Assembly (NCBI RefSeq): GCF_944324935.1
Contig: NZ_CALUYG010000004.1
Location: 18,470 to 82,469 of the forward strand
DNA: 64,000 nt
Source of the DNA: an uncultured Desulfovibrio sp.
GTDB taxonomy: Bacteria; Desulfobacterota; Desulfovibrionia; Desulfovibrionales; Desulfovibrionaceae
Direction: 5' to 3'
Within the stretch, counting starts at the first letter, position 1; each line of letters opens with the position of its first letter. The notes under the pieces were generated by a model. It did not search any database and was not told where the DNA came from. It worked only from the letters and a program-made list of their open reading frames with translations. The position numbers and the translations under genes were made by a program. This document shows, piece by piece, positions 28,031-36,295 of the stretch.

Positions 28031-28143
28031 GGAGATTTTTTTGACGGGATCGTTTTTTCGCGGGGGGTTGTGAAAATATTCCTGAACGCTGTCCGAAACC
28101 AGGAGTCCCTGGCTGAGTGGTTATTTTTTTCACGATATGTGGA

Positions 28144-28659
28144 TCAGATCTCCGTGTCAGCAGGCTGCACGGCGGCAAGAAAGCGTCGGAGCCCATCCGC
28201 CGGATCTGCCGCCAGCCTGGCGCAGAGGATGGAAGGCTCTTTTACGGCATCCGGCAACAGGGTGGAGCCGGCTGCCGGCGGTTCCTCGGGATGGCCAAGG
28301 CGGAGCGAGAGCGGGCAGCCGATGCCGAATGGGGGCAAAAGGTCCCATGCGCCGCCCCCGCCAGACGACATATACCGGCCGATGCTGGTCGCGCAGGCGG
28401 GGCAGCAGTCCTCGGGCCGACCGATGATCTGCCCCCGCAGGCGAGAGGAAGCGTTCAAGGCCGCCATGCAGGAGAGGATATGATCCATCTGGCGGAAAAA
28501 GGCATCCATGAAGCGTTCGCATTGCCCTTCATCCAGGCCGAGTTCTTCCAGGAACACCCAGACGCCTTCGCCGGAAAGACGTCTGTATAATGGATGCTGA
28601 TCACGCAAGGCTTTCCGTTGCTGGGGCGTGAGCGAGGGGGCGGTGGGTACTGCTGACAT
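28144..28659 (-). CDS. Hypothetical Cys-motif protein
   Basis: 171-aa ORF with DCCPAC and LPPFGIGCP; start tentative. Confidence 0.65.
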   Translation of the reverse strand: MSAVPTAPSLTPQQRKALRDQHPLYRRLSGEGVWVFLEELGLDEGQCERFMDAFFRQMDHILSCMAALNASSRLRGQIIGRPEDCCPACATSIGRYMSSGGGGAWDLLPPFGIGCPLSLRLGHPEEPPAAGSTLLPDAVKEPSILCARLAADPADGLRRFLAAVQPADTEI

Positions 28660-29395
28660 AACGGCATTTCCGTGGTTGGAAGGAAAAAGATGGAGCGCGC
28701 ACAAGGCGGCGGAAGAGGGGGCCTGGTTCGACACTGCCAGAAGGCCCGGGGAACGAGCAGGACGCATGTTGCCCGGCTCTCGCAGTCGCTTTTACCCGGA
28801 ATCCGTGCCTGCCCCGACGGCCTTTTGTGCCGGGAGGTCGTCGCTTGCGTCCGTGCTTTTCCCGCCTGAGCCTAGAAAGCGATACGGCCACTGTCAATCG
28901 AAAAAGAACGATTCAAAATTGAATCAAAAAAACAGAGAAAAGAGAAAACTGTATAAATGGCGGAAAGTTCGACAATTGTAGTTTTGTAAAAACTGTACTC
29001 AAAGCCGAAAAGATCATGTGAGGTTCGCGGGAAAAGGGGGTTGCTGCCCGGCTCATTTTTGCAGCAATGGACGCTGTCGTGTAGGACATCATGCGTGCGT
29101 GCTGCCCCGAAAAATGTCGCGAGTGTGGATGTATTGGCGGGAAAAATTTCGGGCAGTAAATGGGTAAGGAAGGGGTGTTTCCTCCTGATTGTTTTCTCTT
29201 ATGCAATATTGTCCCATAATGATAATTATGTAAACTTTTAGCTATAAAAATCAAATTATTCAAGTATATTAGCTGCCGCCTCTTTTGTGCCGTCCCTTCT
29301 CTTTTCTTGACCTGGCCTGCCAAGTTGGGCACAACTTTTCTGGTGATGCCCGGAAAGATCTCCGGGGTTGCGCCAGTCTTTGTGGAGAGGTGTCT

Positions 29396-30904
29396 ATGGG
29401 ATCTCGTTTTTTGCGTCGCGCCGTGCGCCGGCGGCCAGTGCGGGCGGCAGCCGCCGCTTCTGCGCCTGTGTCCGACAGCTGTGCTGGATCATCCTCCGCT
29501 GACGAGGCGGCTCGGATGTCCTGTCCGGCGCCATTTTGCCCTCCCGGAGGTGCCGCGTATTGTCAGCCTGAAACGGCTACGCCAGTCGATTGTGGGCTGG
29601 CACATTTTTCTGGCCCGGACTTGCCGTCTGGCGGAAAGCGTCCAGGCGGCGAGTTTCGTCAGGGGCAGCGGCGCGCGCCGGGACGGAGCGCCTCCCACCA
29701 GGCCTTTTCGTCTCGTGATGGCGATGATGCCTTTCGGGCATGGAAAGACAATGACGATCCGAAAGTGAATAGATTCACAAAGTGCGGGGAGAGCCAGACG
29801 GACAGTGCGCGCGTCCCTGCTGCGCCGCATCCTCTTACGCAGGCGGCCGGGCAATGGCAGCGGCAGGCTCGCCAGATCCGGCAGGCCCGCGCAGAGAACC
29901 TGCCTGTTTCGGCTGTCCGCGATGCGGCGTCAGGTTCCGCGTTGCCGGCAAGTGAGGAGACGCCTCCTCTCCCCCGCCCGCTGCCGGGAGACCCAAAAGG
30001 ACATCACAGCGGCTGGCGCGACGAGGAGCGCCCGGGCGACGGCGGACGTTCGGGCTTCGCTTCTTTCCGGCAGGCCGCACAGGATGAGCTGCGTGCCTGG
30101 CGGCGTCCTTCCCGCCGGCAGGCGTGCTCCGTCCCGCCGGCGCAGGAGGAACCCGCCCTCTCGGACCGTCGCCTGAACAAGGCCATTGCCGAAGCCGGGT
30201 ATTGTTCGCGGCGCAAGGCGGATGAGCTGATCTTTGCCGGACGGGTCAGCGTCAATGGCGAGGTGGAGACGCATGCCGGGCGGAGGATCGGCCCGGAGGA
30301 CAGCGTGAGCGTGGACGGCAAGCCCATTTCCCGCACGCAACAGATGCTCTGCCTCATGCTGAACAAGCCTGTCCAGGTGGTCAGCACGGCCGCCGACCCG
30401 CAGGGGCGGCAGACCGTTCTTTCGCTGGTGGCGCGTGATCATCCGGGGATACGTCTGTTTCCTGTGGGACGGCTGGACTATTTTTCCGAAGGGCTCATCC
30501 TGTTGACCAACGACGGGCGACTTGCCCAGCGGCTCATGCATCCGCGCCACCATCTGCCCAAGCACTATGAGGTGCTCGTGCGCGATGTGGTGACGCAAAA
30601 GGCTTTGCAGACCATGCGTTCGGGCATGTGCCTGGCGGAGGGCGAGGTGCTGCTTCCCGTGGAGGTGACGGCACGGAGCACGGCCTCCGGCTGTACGCTG
30701 TTGCGGATGATCCTGCGCCAGGGGGTCAACCGGCAGATCCGACGGATGTGCCGGGATCTGGGCTTGACGATCCTGCGTCTGCGCCGCGTGGCCATTGGCC
30801 CGTTGCAGCTGGGCAAGCTGGCGCCGGGGCAATGCCGGCCGCTGGAAGAAAGCGAGCTGGCGGCGCTGCGTCGGGCGGTGGAGTTGAGCCAGGGGCTGGC
30901 TTAA
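29396..30904 (+). CDS. rluB: 23S rRNA pseudouridine synthase (RluB/RsuA family) with a long N-terminal extension
   Basis: S4 domain RLNKAIAEAGYCSRRKADELI, NKPVQVVST, PVGRLDYFSEGLILLTNDG, RQGVNRQIRRM. Confidence 0.85.
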   Translation: MGSRFLRRAVRRRPVRAAAAASAPVSDSCAGSSSADEAARMSCPAPFCPPGGAAYCQPETATPVDCGLAHFSGPDLPSGGKRPGGEFRQGQRRAPGRSASHQAFSSRDGDDAFRAWKDNDDPKVNRFTKCGESQTDSARVPAAPHPLTQAAGQWQRQARQIRQARAENLPVSAVRDAASGSALPASEETPPLPRPLPGDPKGHHSGWRDEERPGDGGRSGFASFRQAAQDELRAWRRPSRRQACSVPPAQEEPALSDRRLNKAIAEAGYCSRRKADELIFAGRVSVNGEVETHAGRRIGPEDSVSVDGKPISRTQQMLCLMLNKPVQVVSTAADPQGRQTVLSLVARDHPGIRLFPVGRLDYFSEGLILLTNDGRLAQRLMHPRHHLPKHYEVLVRDVVTQKALQTMRSGMCLAEGEVLLPVEVTARSTASGCTLLRMILRQGVNRQIRRMCRDLGLTILRLRRVAIGPLQLGKLAPGQCRPLEESELAALRRAVELSQGLA

Positions 30905-31035
30905 TCAAGGTGTCCACCCTTTAGTTTGTTCGCTTGCAGCTTGTAGGTAATTTTCAACTTGTCGAACTTAACATGCTGACGGTATTTATTTTTTTCTGCT
31001 TATATAAACTTTGTCAGGTGTTCCTTATGCTTCAT

Positions 31036-32019
31036 CTATCTGACAAGACTTGCAGCCCATTTAAAAGGTATTTTACTGATAAGTATTGAAAAAAATAAGC
31101 TTAGTATATATATTGTTGATCCTCTAATGAAGGATGTTCCCGAATAGTTTGTTGTATTTTCGTATATTAATATAATAATATGATGAATGCAATATATTCC
31201 GAGTGAGTAGTTTGAAATGTATAAAATAAATTTTTTTATATCTGTGTTTAATTTTTCAAAATTTGCTAAGTAGAAAAGTGGAAATACTAATATTGTGTTT
31301 ATAAACATTTGTATTCCTTGATTATAAAATCCTGTTGGTGTTGGTATGCTGTGTGTTTTAAAGAATAGTAGGAGAATGCAAATTGTAAACATGGCTAATA
31401 TATTGCTATGTATTTTTTTTAATATGCCTGATGATGCAAGGAGAGTTCCGGCGCAGGCGTATGGAATCATTTCAATTATGCGCCCTAGTGGCCATTTTAT
31501 TTCAAACCGTAAATTTGAGAATATAAAAGAATTTATTCCTGTATACTGAATAAAAAAAGATGTGATGAGTATGATAATAAAAAGTTTATTTTTATTTAGA
31601 GAATACTTTGAAACTAGGAAAATTATAGCAGAACAAATTATTAAATTTGATAGAAACCATAGAGGTGGATTTAGTTTGCTGGAACCGAGTAAAAGCTGCC
31701 AAAGTAGATCTGTATAAGATACAATATGTTTTGTAGTAATAACTTCTAAAAATGATATTATGACAAAAGAGATAAAGGCATATCCAAAATATGGAATGCA
31801 TATTCTAGAAATACGACGTTTTATATTTATGTAGTTACTTTTATTGAATGTATTGTATGTAAGGTAAAAAGATGTCAACATAAAAAATGGGACAGCAGAC
31901 CCAATCCAGTAAAAAAAACTTCCACCATTACAATGAACCATTACAACTTGAAATGAAAATATAATACGTAAGATACAAATACCATAGTTTATATCTTTTT
32001 CTTTCTCTGTAAGGCCCAT
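31036..32019 (-). CDS. Acyltransferase family 3 (OafA-like membrane O-acyltransferase), horizontally acquired
   Basis: INYGICILR...VMVH, AVPFFMLTSFYL, PPLWFL, SNYSLGIYCIH; GGAG RBS 9 nt before ATG 32019; sampled 60-nt lines have 13/60 G+C versus 40/60 in rluB. Confidence 0.85.
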   Translation of the reverse strand: MGLTEKEKDINYGICILRIIFSFQVVMVHCNGGSFFYWIGSAVPFFMLTSFYLTYNTFNKSNYINIKRRISRICIPYFGYAFISFVIISFLEVITTKHIVSYTDLLWQLLLGSSKLNPPLWFLSNLIICSAIIFLVSKYSLNKNKLFIIILITSFFIQYTGINSFIFSNLRFEIKWPLGRIIEMIPYACAGTLLASSGILKKIHSNILAMFTICILLLFFKTHSIPTPTGFYNQGIQMFINTILVFPLFYLANFEKLNTDIKKFILYISNYSLGIYCIHHIIILIYENTTNYSGTSFIRGSTIYILSLFFSILISKIPFKWAASLVR

Positions 32020-32062
32020 TGTTTTTTTCTCCATTGAGATGCAGAGAAGTTGTTGTTCACTA

Positions 32063-32894
32063 GATGGTGTCGTCAAATTAAAAGTATGTTATAATCTCCT
32101 CACTTACAATGAGGAGAGGTCATATGGCGGCACATCGAAGGCATGATATTTCCGACAAGACATGGGCAAACATCGAAAAACTTCTCCCCGGTTCCAAAGG
32201 CAGCATCGGTCGTCCTTCTGCCGATAACCGATTGTCTATCAACGCTGTCTTCTGGATACTGAGAACTGGGGCTCCGTGGAGGGATTTGCCTCCTGATCTT
32301 GGCGACTGGAAAAATACACATCGCCGCTTCTGCCGATGGCGAGATCGGGGAGTCTGGGAGAAAATACTCGAAGCTCTCATTGTCGAACCTGATTTTGAAT
32401 GGCTCATCATTGATGCCAGTCATTGCAAAGTACATCCTCATGCGGCGGGCGCTGCGGGAGGTAATGAGGCCATGAGCCGCACAAAAGGGGGCTCAACTCA
32501 AAAATACATCTGGCCGTGGATGCGCATGGTATGCCGGTCAGAGTCATTGTTACAGAAGGTACCCGAGCTGATTGCAAAGAGGCCTATGCGTTGATTGACG
32601 GGTTGAGTGCCGGGGCACTTTTGGCTGATAGAGGCTACGATACGGAGAGTATTCTCCGCAAAGCAGGTGAATCCGGTTTCCAGGTTGTCATCCCGCCAAA
32701 GAGAAGTCGTAAAATATCACGCAACTATGACAGAGAGCTCTACAAAGTCAGGCATCTTGTCGAGAATGCTTTTCTCCATCTCAAGCGCTGGCGGGGAATT
32801 GCCACACGATATGCCAAAAGATGTGCCTCTTTTCTTGCCGCCGTTCAAATCAGATGCATATCTTTGTGGGCAAACATAATTTGACGACACCATC
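32063..32894 (+). mobile_element. IS5-family (IS427-group-like) insertion sequence, 832 bp
   Basis: Perfect 18-bp TIR GATGGTGTCGTCAAATTA flanked by TA in a CTAG context; two overlapping transposase ORFs. Confidence 0.92.
32124..32884 (+). CDS. IS5-family transposase, orfA/orfB joined by a probable -1 frameshift
   Basis: orfA WILRTGAPWRDLP..WKNTHRRFCRW..IIDAS; slippery AAAAGGGGG at 32483-32491; orfB LNSKIHLAVD..LLADRGYD..YKVRHLVENAF. Confidence 0.88.
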
Positions 32895-33534
32895 TAGTTG
32901 TTTACTCTTTGTTCAGACATGAAGCTAGAGAGTTTCTGCCAAGCGCCAAGAGGGCGCATTAAGAGGAATTCTACAACCGATTCCGCCGTCTCATCCGAGA
33001 GGATCTCCGTACAGGCCACACGCAAAGCGTCATCATGCAAACATGCAGATATTCTCCCAAGTCGGGACGGCGACGATAACTTGACGTGTGCCCCCACACT
33101 GTCGATTTTCCCCTGACCTTGATATCCAGATGCAGCATCTGTCCGGGCTTTTCCCACTGATAACGCCGCACTGGAGGCTTTGCCTCCAGAGAGGTAAGAT
33201 GCGAGCAGCCAAGTTTACGCAAGGCGCGAAAGACAGAACTCCGACCAAGTCCCAGCCGGGCCGCTATCGCATCTCCGGTCAAGCGTTTCTGCCGTAGGGA
33301 GAAAATTTCCCCGAATGTCTTTTCCGTGAGCTTGCTCCGACAGCGCAGGGGGCGTGGGCTTTTGTCCACGAGCGCCTCGATGCCGCCATGCCGGTAACGA
33401 CTTTTCCATTTTCTGGCAGTGCGCAGACTTACGCCAAATCCCGCAGCGACGGCAGCGGCGGGCATACTGTCCATCCGCCGAACCATTTCCTCTCGACCTC
33501 TGGCCGTAAGTTTGGCATTCTTATGGCTGTTCAC
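32894..33534 (-). pseudogene. IS481-family transposase pseudogene (frameshifted, C-terminal part of the integrase core missing)
   Basis: VNSHKNAKLTARGR, SLRTARKWKSRYR, RRYQWEKPGQMLHLDIK; EYLHVC and DDALRVACTEILSDE fall in shifted frames. Confidence 0.85.
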
Positions 33535-33746
33535 CCTTTCCCTCACTCGCTTGTTGGTTTATGTGGTAACTTCCAACTTACCGAATGAGGAAAGGGTGAA
33601 CAACCTATCGAAACACAACACCTACGAGTGGAGGAAGATTGAAAAACATCACGGAAAGAGCTTCCCCCCTCGTGCGAAGTCGTGAGAATCTTCCCTGACC
33701 AAATAGTCCCGCTTGAGCGGACGGCCCAGCAGTGCGGAGGTGCGCT

Positions 33747-35384
33747 TCACGCCCGCTGGAGCAGCCTGTCCAGAAATTCAATGGCGTCCTTTTGCAGGCG
33801 GCGCAAATGCTCTTCGCCTCCGAAACTTTCCGTGTAGACCTTGCAAATGGGCTCCGTGCCTGACGGGCGCACGGCAAACCAGCCGCTGCGGGCCATGACC
33901 TTGATGCCGCCGATGGGCGCATCGTTGCCCGGCGCACGGGTGATGACGCTTTCCACCGGTTCGCCCGCCAGTTCCCGTATATCGACCTGCTCCGCGGCCA
34001 AGCCCTTGAGCAGGCTACGCACCCTGTTGTCTGCCGGGGCATCAAGCCGCTGATAGCAGGGGGCGCCATGCCGTTGCGTCAGGTCGGCGTAGACGGCCGA
34101 CGGGGACTTGCCTTCCCGGGCCATCATTTCCGCCGCCAGCAGACAGAGCAGCGGGCCGTCCTTATCCGTGCTCCACGGCCTGCCGTCGCGGGTCAGGAAA
34201 GAAGCGCCGGCGCTTTCCTCGCAGCCCAGGGCGCAGCGGCCGCTTTGCAGATAGGGGACGAACCATTTGAAGCCCACGGGGACCTCCACCACCGACCGTT
34301 GGAGTTCCTCCCCTACCTTGTCCAGCATGGCGCTGGTCACCAGCGTTTTGCCGATGCCGCTGCCCTTGCTCCACTGCGAACGCGTCCGAAAGAGATACCA
34401 GCACGCCGCGGTCAGAAAATGGTTGGGGTTCATAAGCTCGTCGCGTGTCACGATGCCGTGGCGGTCCGCGTCCGGGTCGCAGGCAAAGGCCAGATCAAAG
34501 CTGTCGCGCAAGGACAGCAGCCGGCTCATGGCATAGGGGGACGAACAATCCATGCGGATTTTGCCGTCCTTGTCGCAGGGCACGAAGCGGAAGGAGGGAT
34601 CCACCTCCTTGTTGACCACCTTCAGCGCCAGGCCGTACTTCTGGGCGATGGGTTCCCACAGAGGCAGGCTCGCCCCGCCCAGCGGATCCACTCCGAGGGT
34701 GAGCCCCGAAGCGGCGATGGCCGGCATGTCCAGCACCTCGGCCAGATCATCCACATAACGGGCCGTGAAATCGTAAACCTTGACGCGTGAGGAATGGCGG
34801 GCCGCCCGGTAATGCGTGATCTGCACGGCGCGGTTGCTGGCTTCCAGATGTTCGTTGGCCCGGCGCTCTATCCAGCGGGTGACGGCGGTCTCCGCCGGGC
34901 CGCCGTGGGGCGGATTGTATTTGAAGCCGCCGTCGCGCGGGGGATTGTGCGAAGGGGTGATGATGATGCCGTCCGCCTGGGCGCTGCCGGCATTCCAGCT
35001 CAGGATGGCGTGGGAAATGACCGGAGTCGCGGTATACTCCCCGTCCGGGGCAATGAAGACGTGTACGTCATTGGCGACCAGCACTTCCAGCGCCGAGCGA
35101 AAGGCCGGAAGGGACAGCGCGTGGCTGTCGCCGCCGAGGAAGAGCGGCCCCTTGATGCCGTGACTGGCCCGGTAGTCGCAGACCGCCTGCGTGATGGCGT
35201 AGATGTGTTCCTCGTTGAAGCTCAGGTCAAGGGAAGAGCCCCTGTGCCCGGACGTGCCGAAGCTGACCCGCTGGGAGGCCTCGGCCGGACTGGGAAAGTC
35301 GGTATAATAGGCGCTGACCAGCGTGGGGACATCGGTCAGCATGTCAGGCGTGGGCAGTTGCCCGGCGTGCGGATGCAGGGACAT
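33747..35384 (-). CDS. pgm: Phosphoglucomutase (alpha-D-glucose phosphate-specific)
   Basis: FGTSGHRGSS, ITPSHNPPRDGGFKYNP, ACDPDADRHG, VGFKWFV, GCEESAGASF, RPSGTE. Confidence 0.97.
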   Translation of the reverse strand: MSLHPHAGQLPTPDMLTDVPTLVSAYYTDFPSPAEASQRVSFGTSGHRGSSLDLSFNEEHIYAITQAVCDYRASHGIKGPLFLGGDSHALSLPAFRSALEVLVANDVHVFIAPDGEYTATPVISHAILSWNAGSAQADGIIITPSHNPPRDGGFKYNPPHGGPAETAVTRWIERRANEHLEASNRAVQITHYRAARHSSRVKVYDFTARYVDDLAEVLDMPAIAASGLTLGVDPLGGASLPLWEPIAQKYGLALKVVNKEVDPSFRFVPCDKDGKIRMDCSSPYAMSRLLSLRDSFDLAFACDPDADRHGIVTRDELMNPNHFLTAACWYLFRTRSQWSKGSGIGKTLVTSAMLDKVGEELQRSVVEVPVGFKWFVPYLQSGRCALGCEESAGASFLTRDGRPWSTDKDGPLLCLLAAEMMAREGKSPSAVYADLTQRHGAPCYQRLDAPADNRVRSLLKGLAAEQVDIRELAGEPVESVITRAPGNDAPIGGIKVMARSGWFAVRPSGTEPICKVYTESFGGEEHLRRLQKDAIEFLDRLLQRA

Positions 35385-35696
35385 GGCTTCCTCCTTTCGC
35401 TTCATCTGTCAGTATAGCCTGCCCTTTTGCCGGACGCAACCGCCGTCAGGGGGCGGAGGCCGGCTGACAGGCGGCTATGCCGCGCCTGCGGCGTCTTCGG
35501 CGGCGGGCCTCTGGCGTGACGCGGCAAACGCTCCCCAGGCTGCTCCCCTCTCCCCCAGCTCAGGCCAGGGAAGGCTTGCGCTCAGGGGGAGGCGGTCCTC
35601 AGACAGCGAAGGCGGAGGAAGAGCCGGACACGGGAGGAGGTGCCCCGGTCCGCGGAAAAAGGACTGCCCTTTTGCCGTGACGCCGGGCGGTGCGGC

Positions 35697-35990
35697 CTAC
35701 TCCACGATGGGATCAAGGCGGGCGTGCTGGATGAGTTCGGGGAGATCGCTGAACCCTTCATGATCCCAGTTCATGAGCTCAGGGTAGGTAAGGTGCTGCA
35801 GGTCCTTGGGATCGGCGGAAATGATGAACCAGCGTTGCCCGTCGCTGCCTTCGCCCCAGCCGAAGCCGAGGACAAGATCTTCCATGTATTTTGGGAAGTT
35901 GTGGTAAAGCGCAAGGTATTCCTGGACAAAGGCCTCATGGGCCGCGTCGAACGAGGGGTGCATCTGCCTGCCGGAGGGGGTGGTAGCCAT
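35697..35990 (-). CDS. Hypothetical acidic protein (97 aa)
   Basis: AGGAG RBS and host-like GC3-rich codons; start reassigned to ATG 35990. Confidence 0.7.
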   Translation of the reverse strand: MATTPSGRQMHPSFDAAHEAFVQEYLALYHNFPKYMEDLVLGFGWGEGSDGQRWFIISADPKDLQHLTYPELMNWDHEGFSDLPELIQHARLDPIVE

Positions 35991-36038
35991 GACGTCTCCT
36001 TGGGGTGTCGTGTCCGGCCTGGACAAGGGGTGGGCCTT

Positions 36039-36142
36039 GAGCATCTTCCGTTTGAAACGCTTCGCGCTCCAGAGCATACGGCCCTGTTGTCTCGTGGAAA
36101 AAACGCGGTTTTCCCGCCCACTTTGGCCGGGCGGCGCTGTGC
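36039..36142. repeat. Dispersed repeat family B, copy B2
   Basis: GAGCATCTTCCGTTTGAAACGCTTCGCGCTCCAGAGCATACGG... aligns with B1; may extend to ~36203. Confidence 0.7.
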
Positions 36143-36235
36143 GGCCGCCTCACGTGTTGTCGCTTCACGGGCGAAACGTTCCTGTCTTTCAGATACAGGG
36201 CTTTGCCGCATGTTACAAGTCCCGTTTCTGGCGGC

Positions 36236-36271
36236 AACAAAAAAAGGAGGCATACGCCTCCTTTTTTTGTT
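36236..36271. terminator. Bidirectional terminator after degP
   Basis: AACAAAAAAAGGAGGC-ATAC-GCCTCCTTTTTTTGTT, perfect 16-bp stem. Confidence 0.85.
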
Positions 36272-36295
36272 GTTACCAGGCGGCATCAGGTGCTG

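Larger units (their letters stand above)
32035..33620 (-). mobile_element. Degenerate IS481-family element, interrupted by IS5
   Basis: Left end TGTTGTGTTTCGATAGGTTGTTCAC (33620-33596) and decayed right end TGAGATGCAGAGAAGTTGTTGTTCAC (32035-32060). Confidence 0.7.

Noticed and set aside
28913-29332. 139-aa and 66-aa ORFs in the AT-rich intergenic region
   Set aside because: No RBS, no motifs, and composition typical of non-coding DNA
30955-30990. dif-like site at the island edge (GCATGTTAAGT on the minus strand)
   Set aside because: Only a partial XerD-arm match and no XerC arm
31036-32030. A7/A8/T8 runs as phase-variation tracts in the acyltransferase
   Set aside because: Runs of this length are expected at such low GC, and the frame is intact
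32020-32076. Longer N-terminus of the acyltransferase given in the ORF track
   Set aside because: The upstream ATG at 32076 is inside the IS5 TIR; ATG 32019 has its own GGAG RBS
35406-35696. Possible further family A relic (CAGACAGCGAA shared with A2, CTCCCC/GGGGAG arms)
   Set aside because: Only an 11-nt match, no TIRs, and not distinguishable from chance by eye
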